Shown: positions 7,998-20,276 of the stretch, in pieces | Numbering within the stretch: position 1 is the first letter of the stretch | Layout: the number at the start of each line of letters is the position of its first letter | NCBI GenBank assembly: GCA_047459075.1 | Contig: VSCH01000005.1 | Location: forward strand, 29,693 to 93,692 | DNA length: 64,000 nt | Source: Acidimicrobiia bacterium | GTDB taxonomy: Bacteria > Actinomycetota > Acidimicrobiia > Acidimicrobiales > VFJN01 | Direction: 5' to 3' | Notes under the pieces: model-generated | The model's database searches: none | What the model saw: only the letters and a program-made list of their open reading frames with translations | Told to the model about the DNA's origin: nothing | Program-made: the position numbers and the translations under genes

Positions 7998-9311
7998 TTG
8001 CATTTGCAGTGTGAGTGCGAAAAGGTGGGCGACGTGGAGGCAGAGGGGATCACGACGGCGGCCGCCGCCGGCCAGGCGGAGAGCGCCGCCGAGCCGGTCG
8101 TCTACAACCCGTTCGCGCCGGGGTTCACCGACGACCCGTACGCCCAGTACGCCGCCCTGCGGGCCCAGGGCCGCGTGCACCGCAACCCGCTCGGGCAGCG
8201 GGTGCTGTCGCACTACGACGAGTGCTTCGAGCTGCTCCGCCTGCCGGGCACGAGCGTCGAGGACACCAACGCCACCGACATCGTCCGCCCGCAGCTGCCC
8301 CCGGACCTGGCCGAGTACGCGCAGAACCGCGGCCGCACGCTGCTGCGCCTCGACCCGCCCGACCACACCCGCCTGCGGCGGCTCGTGTCCAGCGCCTTCA
8401 CCGTCCGCCGGGTCGAGCGGCTGCGGGGCCGGGTGCGGGAGCTCGTCACCGAGCTGCTCGACGACCTCGAGCGGGACGCGGCCGCCGGCGAGCCCGTCGA
8501 CCTCATCGCCCGGTTCGCCTTCCCGCTCCCCTTCACGGTCATCTCCGAGATGCTCGGCATGCCCGAGAGCGACCGCGACCAGGTGCGGTCGTGGTCGCGG
8601 GAGATGACCAACGCCATCGAGCCGTTCAACGACGAGGCGACGCTGCGACGCATGGTCGCCGCCGGCGCCCAGATGTTCGGCTACCTCGACGAGGTCATCG
8701 ACTGGAAGCGGCGCAACCCGGCCGACGACCTGCTCAGCGCCCTCATCGCCGCCGAGGAGGACGGCGACCGCCTCACGACCGAGGAGCTGCGCGAGACCGT
8801 CGTGCTGCTCTACATCGCCGGGCACGAGACGACGGTCAACCTCATCGGCAACGGCACGCTCGCCCTCCTCCGCCACCGCGACCAGTTCGAGCGCCTGGTC
8901 GACGACCCGTCGCTCGACGCCAACGCGGTGGACGAGCTGCTCCGCTACGACAGCCCGGTGCAGGTGTCCCGCCGCATCACCACCCGCGAGGTCGAGCTGG
9001 CGGGCGAGACCATCCCGCCGGGCTGCTTCGTGCTGACGCTGCTCGGGTCGTCCAACCGCGACGAGACGAGGTGGGGACCGACGGCCGACGACCTCGACCT
9101 CGGGCGCGAGGGCGCCAACGCCCACCTGTCGTTCGGCAGCGGCATCCACCACTGCCTGGGCCACGCCCTCGCCCGGCTGGAGGGCATGGAGGCGGTCCCG
9201 GCGCTCGTGCGTCGCTTCCCCCGCATGGAGCTGGCCACCGACCGCCCCCGGTGGAACGGCCGCATCGTGCTGCGGGGCCTCGAGTCGCTGCCGGTCACCC
9301 TGGCGGCCTGA
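7998..9311 (+). CDS. cytochrome P450
   Basis: Heme-thiolate loop FGSGIHHCLG, the ExxR motif (ELLRYDSPV) and the I-helix AGHETT. The track start is a TTG at 7998. The GTG at 8034, preceded by AAAGG, is an alternative start. Confidence 0.9.
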   Translation: MHLQCECEKVGDVEAEGITTAAAAGQAESAAEPVVYNPFAPGFTDDPYAQYAALRAQGRVHRNPLGQRVLSHYDECFELLRLPGTSVEDTNATDIVRPQLPPDLAEYAQNRGRTLLRLDPPDHTRLRRLVSSAFTVRRVERLRGRVRELVTELLDDLERDAAAGEPVDLIARFAFPLPFTVISEMLGMPESDRDQVRSWSREMTNAIEPFNDEATLRRMVAAGAQMFGYLDEVIDWKRRNPADDLLSALIAAEEDGDRLTTEELRETVVLLYIAGHETTVNLIGNGTLALLRHRDQFERLVDDPSLDANAVDELLRYDSPVQVSRRITTREVELAGETIPPGCFVLTLLGSSNRDETRWGPTADDLDLGREGANAHLSFGSGIHHCLGHALARLEGMEAVPALVRRFPRMELATDRPRWNGRIVLRGLESLPVTLAA

Positions 9312-9383
9312 CCCGGGCGGGGGCGGGCTCGGCGGGCCCGCCGGGCGCGGGCCCGGCCGCGGCGCGACCGGGCCCGGCCCCGC

Positions 9384-10280
9384 TCACACCTTGAGGAAGC
9401 GGCTCAGCGCCCAGCCCGAGCCGGCGGCGCCGATGACGACGCCGAGGACGAGCACCACGACGACCGTGAACCACAGCTCGCCGGAGGTGGCGACGAAGCC
9501 CTCCATGATCGCCCGGTAGTCCTCGTGCTGGGCCGCCCGCTGCATGAACCGGTCGAGGGCGAACACGGCCCCGAGGGCGAAGATGGCGCCGATCAGGCCC
9601 TGCACGATGCCCTCGAGCATGAACGGCACCCGGATGAACCAGTTGGTGGCGCCGACGAGCTTCATCACCTCGATCTCGCGCCGCCGGGCGTACATGGCCA
9701 TGCGGATGGCGTTGAGGATCAGCAGCAGCGCCGCCACCAGCAGGCCGATGCCGACGACGAGCATGGCCCGCTGGGCGAACTCGGACACGCCGACCACCGT
9801 CTGGACGCTCTCGCGCTCGTCGGTGACCTGCAGGACGCCGGGCATGGCGGCGAGCTCCTCGCCCATGCTGGCCATGAGGTCGACGTCGTCGGCGGTGGGC
9901 GTCAGCCGGTAGGAGTCGGGCACCAGCTCGGGGTTGGCCTCGAGGCGCTGCTTCATCGCCTCGTTGCGGTCGAAGAGGCGCATCGCCTCCGCGTGGCTCT
10001 CCTCGCGGTCGACGTAGCGCCACCGCTCGACCTCGGGGTGCTCGTCGATGAACGTCTCGATGGCGTCCCGCTGCTCGTCGGTGATGTCGGACTTCAGGAA
10101 GGCGATGAGCGTGATGCCGTCCTTCCAGCGGGCCGAGACGTTGTCGACGCCCTGGTTGAGCAGCAGCGTCGAGCCGAACAGCGCCAGCGACACCGCCACG
10201 GTCATGATGGCGGCGATGGTGAGCGTGACGTTGCGGCGCAGGTTGGTGAAGGTCTCGCGGGCGATGTAGTCGAGCTTCAC
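9384..10280 (-). CDS. ftsX: cell-division ABC transporter permease FtsX
   Basis: 298 aa with FtsX topology and an extracellular domain. It has a 4-nt overlap with ftsE. Confidence 0.93.
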   Translation of the reverse strand: MKLDYIARETFTNLRRNVTLTIAAIMTVAVSLALFGSTLLLNQGVDNVSARWKDGITLIAFLKSDITDEQRDAIETFIDEHPEVERWRYVDREESHAEAMRLFDRNEAMKQRLEANPELVPDSYRLTPTADDVDLMASMGEELAAMPGVLQVTDERESVQTVVGVSEFAQRAMLVVGIGLLVAALLLILNAIRMAMYARRREIEVMKLVGATNWFIRVPFMLEGIVQGLIGAIFALGAVFALDRFMQRAAQHEDYRAIMEGFVATSGELWFTVVVVLVLGVVIGAAGSGWALSRFLKV

Positions 10281-10954
10281 TGGTAGACCCCCCGAGCCTG
10301 GTCGCGGACGATCCGGCCGTGCTCCAGCTCGATCACCCGGCGCTGCATGGTGTCGACGATCGACCGGTCGTGGGTCGCCATCACGACGGTCGTGCCGGTC
10401 CGGTTGATGCGGTCGAGCAGACGCATGATGCCGACCGAGGTGGCCGGGTCGAGGTTCCCGGTGGGCTCGTCGGCCAGCAGGATGAGCGGCCGGTTGACGA
10501 AGGCCCGGGCGATGGACACCCGCTGCTGCTCACCGCCCGAGAGCTCCTCGGGCAGGTTGTCGGCCTTGGACTCCAGGCCGACGAGCTCGAGGATGGCCGG
10601 CACCTGGGTCTTGACCACGTTGCGAGGACGTCCGATCACCTCGAGGGCGAAGGCGACGTTCTCGTACACGGTCTTGGTGGCCAGGAGCTTGTAGTCCTGG
10701 AAGATGCAGCCGATGTTCCGGCGCAGGTAGGGCACCCGCCACGACGAGAGCCGGGCGATGTCCTTGCCGGCCACGAAGATCCGCCCCTTGTCGGCGGTCT
10801 CCTCGCGGTTGATGAGGCGCAGCATCGTCGACTTGCCCGACCCCGACGGACCGACGAGGAAGACGAACTCCCCCTTCTCGATGGTGGCGGACACCCCCCG
10901 GAGGGCCTCGACGTTGCCCTTGTAGATCTTGGTGACGTTCTCGAAGGTGATCAT
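10277..10954 (-). CDS. ftsE: cell-division ATP-binding protein FtsE
   Basis: 225 aa with Walker [10 protein letters not shown], signature LSGGEQQR and Walker B LLADEPTG. Confidence 0.95.
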   Translation of the reverse strand: MITFENVTKIYKGNVEALRGVSATIEKGEFVFLVGPSGSGKSTMLRLINREETADKGRIFVAGKDIARLSSWRVPYLRRNIGCIFQDYKLLATKTVYENVAFALEVIGRPRNVVKTQVPAILELVGLESKADNLPEELSGGEQQRVSIARAFVNRPLILLADEPTGNLDPATSVGIMRLLDRINRTGTTVVMATHDRSIVDTMQRRVIELEHGRIVRDQARGVYQ

Positions 10955-11008
10955 CGTCCTCGCCCACAGGCCGCGCCGGACCGCCGCCCCGTGCGATCGT
11001 CCCCAGCT

Positions 11009-11056
11009 GTTGCGATGAGGTTACAGATTCCGCGCGGTGCCACCTTCATCGCAAAC
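11009..11056. repeat. imperfect inverted repeat / hairpin in the prfB-ftsE spacer
   Basis: Arms are GTTGCGATGAGG and CCTTCATCGCAAAC, with a 9-bp perfect core TTGCGATGA/TCATCGCAA and a 22-nt loop. It sits in a locally GC-poorer stretch. A minus-strand TAACCT hexamer (11018..11023) lies inside the left arm. Confidence 0.6.
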
Positions 11057-11094
11057 CGAAGGTAGTTCCCGCGCCGGCGCCGCAGCGCGGATGG

Positions 11095-12207
11095 TCACAC
11101 CTGCTCGGCGGCCGCGCGCCGCCACTGCAGGTACGACTCCATGAACGGGTCGAGGTCGCCGTCGAGGACCGCGGCGACGTTGCCGGTCTCGTACTCGGTG
11201 CGCAGGTCCTTCACCATCTGGTACGGCTGCAGCACGTAGCTGCGGATCTGGCTGCCGAACCCGACCCGCTGCTCCTCGCCCTTGATCTCGGCCAGCTCGG
11301 CCTCGCGCTTCTGCCGCTCGAGGTCGGCGAGCTTGGCCTTGAGCATGGCCATCGCCCGGTCCCGGTTCTGGAACTGGCTGCGCTCGACCTGGCAGGACAC
11401 CACGATGCCGGTCGGGATGTGGGTGAGGCGCACGGCGGAGGACGTCTTGTTGACGTGCTGGCCGCCGGCCCCCGACGCCCGGAACACGTCCATCTTGATG
11501 TCCTTCTCGTCGATGACGACGTCGGTGTCCTGGTCGTCGAGCATGGGCACCACCTGCAGCGCCGCGAACGCCGTCTGCCGCTTGCCCTGGGCGTTGAACG
11601 GGCTGATGCGCACCAGCCGGTGCACGCCCCGCTCGGCCTGCAGGTAGCCGTAGGCGTAGCGCCCCCGGACGACGAAGGTGGCCGACGACAGGCCGGCCTC
11701 GGACCCCTCGGTGACCTCCTGCAGCTCGACCTGGAAGCCCCGGCGCTCGGCCCAGCGGGTGTACATGCGCAGCAGCATCTCGGCCCAGTCCTGGGCGTCG
11801 GCGCCACCCTCGCCGGCCTGGATCGTCACCAGGGCGTCACGCTCGTCGTGCTCGCCCGAGAACATCGAGCGCAGCTCGATCCGCCGCAGCTCGGCGTCGA
11901 TCTCGGCCAGCGCCGCGTCCACCTCGGCGAGCGAGTCCTCGTCCCCCTCCTCGCGGGCCAGCTCGTGCAGCGTCTCGGCGTCGTCGAGCCGGCGGGCCAG
12001 GCTCTCGTACTGCGCGATGTCGTCGTTGACGGCGGCCAGCTCGGCCGTGACGCGCTTGGCCTTGTCGGCGTCGTCCCACAGGTCGGGTCGCGCCGCCTCG
12101 GCCTCGAGCTGGGGGCGGCGGGCCCGCAGCTCGTCGACCTTGAGGTAGCGCTCGGCCTCGCTCAGCCGGGCGCGCAGCGCCTTGAGCTCGTCGGAGAGGT
12201 CTCGCAT
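11095..12207 (-). CDS. prfB: peptide chain release factor 2
   Basis: 370 aa with the SPF tripeptide (RISPFNAQ) and GGQ (SGAGGQHVNK). The frame is continuous, so there is no programmed +1 frameshift. Confidence 0.95.
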   Translation of the reverse strand: MRDLSDELKALRARLSEAERYLKVDELRARRPQLEAEAARPDLWDDADKAKRVTAELAAVNDDIAQYESLARRLDDAETLHELAREEGDEDSLAEVDAALAEIDAELRRIELRSMFSGEHDERDALVTIQAGEGGADAQDWAEMLLRMYTRWAERRGFQVELQEVTEGSEAGLSSATFVVRGRYAYGYLQAERGVHRLVRISPFNAQGKRQTAFAALQVVPMLDDQDTDVVIDEKDIKMDVFRASGAGGQHVNKTSSAVRLTHIPTGIVVSCQVERSQFQNRDRAMAMLKAKLADLERQKREAELAEIKGEEQRVGFGSQIRSYVLQPYQMVKDLRTEYETGNVAAVLDGDLDPFMESYLQWRRAAAEQV

Positions 12208-12219
12208 CGGAGGGTCGGC

Positions 12220-15015
<2,796 letters not shown>

Positions 15016-15025
15016 GCGCCCGTCG

Positions 15026-15031
15026 AGTCTA
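15026..15031 (-). promoter_or_regulatory. candidate -10 hexamer (TAGACT) for secA
   Basis: TAGACT on the minus strand, 10 nt before the ATG at 15015. The leader would be near zero and there is no Shine-Dalgarno sequence. Confidence 0.35.
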
Positions 15032-15069
15032 CCGGTGACCGGGGCCGCGCCCGATGCGGTGGGGCGCGA

Positions 15070-15357
15070 TCAGCCGCCGGCGCCGCAGGTGATGGCGCCG
15101 ATGGCCCGCTCGGCGATGGCGTCGGCCGAGGGCCGCTGGCCGGCGGCCAGGCGGGCCGCCGCCGCCTCGACGAGCCCGGTGCGCACGACCGGGGTGCCGG
15201 CCAGCACCCGCAGGGCGGCGTGCGCCGGCAGGGACGTGGCCTCGTGGTGGCGGGGCGAGGTCGGGCGTGCGGACGGCCGAGTGCGCCGCGCCACGCGCCG
15301 CCGTGCCCCCCGTCCGGCGGGCCCCGGGGTGGCGTGGCTCCGTCGATCCCCCATCAC
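15070..15357 (-). CDS. hypothetical protein (Arg/Pro-rich N-terminus, Ala-rich C-terminal helix, weak FlgM-like resemblance)
   Basis: 95 aa. The third codon position is almost always G/C in this frame. The start lies 6 nt after the comF stop. The C-terminal VRTGLVEAAAARLAAGQRPSADAIAERAIG resembles the FlgM C-terminal helix pattern, but only loosely. Confidence 0.35.
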   Translation of the reverse strand: MMGDRRSHATPGPAGRGARRRVARRTRPSARPTSPRHHEATSLPAHAALRVLAGTPVVRTGLVEAAAARLAAGQRPSADAIAERAIGAITCGAGG

Positions 15358-15363
15358 AGGGCT

Positions 15364-16050
15364 TCATCGGCCCGAACCGGCCGTGACTTGAGAAGAATCT
15401 TCGACCTCACGTAGCCGCGCCGACACGCTACGGGGTGAGGTCGCCGGAGGCGGCGTGCGGGCGGCGGTGAGGCCGACGACGGTGGCCGGCCCGGCGACCG
15501 CCAGGGCCCGGGCCGCGGCGGCCAGCGTGGAGCCGGTGGTGACGACGTCGTCGACGAGGACGACCGGCCGGCCGCCGGCGAGCCGCCGCGCGCCGGGCCG
15601 GGCGACGAACCGGGGGCCGGTGCGGCGCTCGGCCAACGGGCGCCCGGTCTGGGGCGGGCCGGACCGGCGGTCCAGCAGCGGGCGGCAGGGCAGGCGCCAG
15701 CGCCGGGCCACCGCCCGGGCCAGCAGCTCGGCCTGGTCGAAGCCTCGCCGGCGCCGGCGGGCGGCCGTGGTGGGCGCCCAGGTGACCACCGTGCCGGGCG
15801 GCGGTGCGAGCAGGGCGGCCATGCCGGACGCCGTCCACCCGAGCGCCGCCCGGTCGCGCCGGTACTTCAGCGCGGTGACGAGCGCGCGCCCGAGCCCGTC
15901 GTAGGCGACGAGCGAGCGGCAGGCGGCCAGCCCGGGCGGCACCGGGCCGTCCGGGGCGCGGGCCACCAGCCGGGCGCAGCGGGCGCACGGCGACGGGCCC
16001 GGCGCGCCGCAGCCGGCGCAGCGGGTGGGCAGGAGCGCGGCGAGGAGCAC
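15364..16050 (-). CDS. ComF-family phosphoribosyltransferase-like protein
   Basis: 228 aa. N-terminal Cys pairs (CAGCG ... CARC) followed by the PRTase motif VVLVDDVVTTGST. Confidence 0.8.
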   Translation of the reverse strand: MLLAALLPTRCAGCGAPGPSPCARCARLVARAPDGPVPPGLAACRSLVAYDGLGRALVTALKYRRDRAALGWTASGMAALLAPPPGTVVTWAPTTAARRRRRGFDQAELLARAVARRWRLPCRPLLDRRSGPPQTGRPLAERRTGPRFVARPGARRLAGGRPVVLVDDVVTTGSTLAAAARALAVAGPATVVGLTAARTPPPATSPRSVSARLREVEDSSQVTAGSGR

Positions 16051-16056
16051 GGGCGG

Positions 16057-16062
16057 ACCCTA
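16057..16062 (-). promoter_or_regulatory. candidate -10 hexamer (TAGGGT), leaderless promoter of the comF-like gene
   Basis: TAGGGT on the minus strand, 6 nt before the GTG at 16050. Confidence 0.4.
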
Positions 16063-16074
16063 CGGCGGAGGTGT

Positions 16075-16092
16075 GACGGCGACGTCGCCGTC
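16075..16092. repeat. perfect 18-bp palindrome GACGGCGACGTCGCCGTC
   Basis: Read directly from the sequence. It lies between the two divergent -10 candidates (16057..16062 and 16108..16113), where both -35 regions would fall. Confidence 0.9.
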
Positions 16093-16107
16093 CCGGCCGG
16101 ACGGCCC

Positions 16108-16113
16108 TAGCGT
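16108..16113 (+). promoter_or_regulatory. candidate -10 hexamer (TAGCGT), leaderless promoter of the YczE-like gene
   Basis: TAGCGT followed by an 8-nt spacer GACCCGCC and the GTG at 16122. The 18-mer TAGCGTGACCCGCCGTGC is identical to 42366..42383. Confidence 0.5.
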
Positions 16114-16121
16114 GACCCGCC

Positions 16122-16816
16122 GTGCCCCTCCTCCGCCCGGTCACCGAGCCCCGCGTCCGGGTCCCCCGGCTCGTCGCCGGCCTCGTGCTCTGCGGCCTGG
16201 GGGTCGCCTTCATGGTCGCCGCCGACCTCGGCCTGGCGCCGTGGTCGGTGCTCGACCAGGGCATCTCCGGGCGCACCGGCATCCCCATCGGCACCGTGAG
16301 CATCCTCGTCGGCGCGGTGGTGCTGGGCTCCTGGCTGCCGCTGCGCGAGCGCCCCGGACTCGGCACCGTCCTCAACGTCGTGCTCATCGGCGCCACGACC
16401 GACGCGGCCCTGCTCGTCCTCGACAGGCCCGACGGCCTCGCCGGCCGGCTCGCCTACCTGGCCGCCGGCGTCCTGCTCTGGGGGCCCGGCAGCGGCCTCT
16501 ACATCGGCGCCGGGCTGGGCCCGGGGCCCCGTGACGGGCTGATGACCGCGCTGGCCGCCCGTGGCGTCGGGTCGATCCGGGCGGTGCGCACCGGCATCGA
16601 GCTGACCGCGCTGACGACCGGCTGGCTGCTCGGCGGCTCGGTCGGCCTGGGCACGGTGGCCTTCGCCGTCGCCATCGGCCCGCTGGTGCAGGCGTGCCTG
16701 CCCCGGCTGGCGCTGCCGGACCCGCCCGCGGGCGCGCCCGGAGCCGGTGCGCCCGGTCCGGCCCCGGCGGCCGGGGCGCTCCCCACCCCCGCCGACGGGG
16801 GTGGGGAGCCGCCGGA

Positions 16817-16823
<7 letters not shown>
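16122..16823 (+). CDS. YczE/YitT-like integral membrane protein
   Basis: 233 aa with 5-6 hydrophobic helices. The [16 protein letters not shown] motif is typical of this family, and the tail is Pro/Ala-rich. Confidence 0.7.
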
Positions 16824-18265
<1,442 letters not shown>

Positions 18266-18272
18266 GGGGTCA

Positions 18273-18336
18273 CTCCCTCGATGACGTGTCGGGTGGGCTG
18301 CGGCGCCGGGTGCGGCGCGCCTCTGCCTGCGTCATC
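18273..18336 (-). promoter_or_regulatory. structured 5' leader of ahcY (stem GAUGACG/CGUCAUC abutting the SD)
   Basis: Minus-strand arms at 18330..18336 and 18280..18286 enclose 43 GC-rich nt. The 3' arm directly precedes the Shine-Dalgarno sequence GAGGGAG (18273..18279). Confidence 0.3.
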
Positions 18337-18458
18337 GGGCTGGGCGCAGCAGCGCCACCCATGTCAGCCCGAGGTGCGCCGAGACTAGCGGCGCGGCCAC
18401 CCGCCGGTCGACCAGCGAGGTCCGGGAAACGCGCTCGGACGGGCCGGCGCGCGCCGCG

Positions 18459-18464
18459 TAGCGT
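18459..18464 (+). promoter_or_regulatory. candidate -10 hexamer (TAGCGT), leaderless promoter of ABC exporter gene 1
   Basis: TAGCGT, 9 nt before the GTG at 18474. Confidence 0.45.
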
Positions 18465-18473
18465 CGGTCGACC

Positions 18474-20276
18474 GTGACGTCCCCCTCACCGCCCGCCGAC
18501 GGCCGGGCGGCGCGCCCGCTCGCCGCCGAGCTGCGCCCCGAGGCCCGGTCGATGGCCGGGATCGTGGGCGTCCTCGCGCTCTCGCTCGGGGCCCGCTTGG
18601 CCCTGCCGTTGCTCCTGGGCCGCTTCGCCGACGACGCCCTCGAGGGCGCCGCCACCTCCCGCCTCACCGCCCTGGCCCTCGTCTACGTGGCCGCCGCGCT
18701 GGGCGCGGCCCTGCTCGACCTCGTCGTCGTCTGGTGGTCGGCCCGGGTGTCGTGGCGGGCCGGCAACCGGCTGCGGGAGCGGCTCGCCGCCCACGCGCTG
18801 CGCCTGGAGCCGGCCTGGCACGGCCGCCACAGCCCCGGCGAGCTCATCGAGCGCATCGACGGCGACGTCGAGGCGATGACCACCTTCTTCGCCGACATCG
18901 CCGTGCGGATCGCCGGCAACGTCGCCCTCATCGCCGGGATGCTCGTGCTCGCCACCACCATCGATCCCTGGGCGGGCCTGGTCCTCACCGTGACCGCGCT
19001 GGCGGGCGCGGCCACGATGGTCCGGCTGCGGGTGGCCGCCGTCGACGCGCGCGAGGCCGAGCGGGAGGTCAACGCCCAGCTCTACGGCGACCTCGAGGAG
19101 CGGCTCGGCGGCCTCGAGGACCTGCGGGCCAACGGCGCCGGACGCTACGCCGTCCACCGCCTGCTCGCCCACAGCGCCCGCTCGTGGCGGGCCGCCCGGC
19201 GGGCGTCGCTGCGGGGCGACGGCGCCTACGCGGCGGCCGCCGGCGTCTTCGCCGTGGGGACCGCCGCCACCATCGGCGTCGGCGTGGTCCTCCAGCAGCG
19301 GGGCGTCGTCACCGTCGGCGCCGTGCTGAGCCTCTACCGGTTCGCCGACATGCTGCGGCGGCCGCTCGAGCAGGTGGCGGAGCAGCTCAACGAGCTCCAG
19401 AAGGCGCTGGCCGGCGCCCGGCGGGCCGCCGGCCTGCTGGCCACCGAGCCGGCGATCCGCGACGGGCGCGACGACGGCGGTGGCCTCCCGGCGGGGGCGC
19501 TGGCCGTCGAGCTCGACCACGTCACCTTCGCCTACCACGCCGACGACGGCCCGGTGGTGCGGGACGTCGACCTGCGCCTGGCGCCGGGCGTCCACCTGGG
19601 CCTGGTCGGCCGCACGGGCGCCGGCAAGTCGACGATCGGCCGGCTCGTGACCCGGGCCTGGGACCTCGGCGGCACCCCGCACGACCGGGGGGCGGTCCGC
19701 CTGGGCGGCGTCGACGTCCGCGACCTCACCCTCGCCGCCGTCCGCCGGCGGGTGGCGGTGGTGACCCAGGACGTCGAGCTGTTCCGGGCGTCGGTCCGCG
19801 ACAACCTGACGCTGTTCGGCGCCCGGCCGGCGGACGACGACCGGCTGCGGGACGTCCTGGCGCAGGTCGGCCTCGGCGACTGGCTCGCCGCGCTGCCGGA
19901 CGGCCTCGACACCCCGCTGGCGGGGAGCGACGGCCTGTCCGCCGGCGAGGCCCAGCTGCTGGCCTTCGCCCGCGCCTTCCTGGCCGACCCGGCGGTCGTC
20001 GTGCTCGACGAACCCTCCAGCCGGCTCGACCGGGCGACCGAGCGCCGCGTCGAGGCCGCGACCGAGGCGCTGCTCGCCGGCCGCACCGCCATCGTCATCG
20101 CCCACCGGCTGGCGACGCTCGACCGGATGGACGAGATCGCGGTGCTCGAGGACGGCCGGGTCGTCGAGCACGGCCGGCGGGAGGACCTGGCCCGCTCCCC
20201 CACCAGCCGCTACGCCCGCCTGCGCAGGGCCGGGGCGCCGGCGGCAGCCGATCCGCTCGAGGAGGTGGCCCCGTGA
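18474..20276 (+). CDS. ABC exporter, fused permease/ATPase, subunit 1 (degenerate signature motif)
   Basis: 600 aa. Six-TM exporter domain with Walker A GRTGAGKST, a signature of LSAGEAQ instead of LSGGQ, and Walker B VVVLDEPSS. Confidence 0.9.
   Translation: MTSPSPPADGRAARPLAAELRPEARSMAGIVGVLALSLGARLALPLLLGRFADDALEGAATSRLTALALVYVAAALGAALLDLVVVWWSARVSWRAGNRLRERLAAHALRLEPAWHGRHSPGELIERIDGDVEAMTTFFADIAVRIAGNVALIAGMLVLATTIDPWAGLVLTVTALAGAATMVRLRVAAVDAREAEREVNAQLYGDLEERLGGLEDLRANGAGRYAVHRLLAHSARSWRAARRASLRGDGAYAAAAGVFAVGTAATIGVGVVLQQRGVVTVGAVLSLYRFADMLRRPLEQVAEQLNELQKALAGARRAAGLLATEPAIRDGRDDGGGLPAGALAVELDHVTFAYHADDGPVVRDVDLRLAPGVHLGLVGRTGAGKSTIGRLVTRAWDLGGTPHDRGAVRLGGVDVRDLTLAAVRRRVAVVTQDVELFRASVRDNLTLFGARPADDDRLRDVLAQVGLGDWLAALPDGLDTPLAGSDGLSAGEAQLLAFARAFLADPAVVVLDEPSSRLDRATERRVEAATEALLAGRTAIVIAHRLATLDRMDEIAVLEDGRVVEHGRREDLARSPTSRYARLRRAGAPAAADPLEEVAP

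Noticed and set aside
5319-9311. Possible genomic island integrated at the tmRNA 3' end
   Set aside because: I found no integrase or recombinase, no direct repeat of the ssrA 3' end by eye, and no GC shift. The genes look like ordinary chromosomal metabolism and transport genes.
9312-9383. GC-rich repeats (CGGGCCCGG twice) between the convergent P450 and ftsX genes as a terminator or repeat element
   Set aside because: I could draw only short, imperfect stems. This is indistinguishable from background at this GC content without folding software.
11095-12207. Programmed +1 frameshift in prfB
   Set aside because: The RF2 reading frame is continuous from start to stop (…AERYLKVDELRAR…). There is no in-frame UGA near codon 25.
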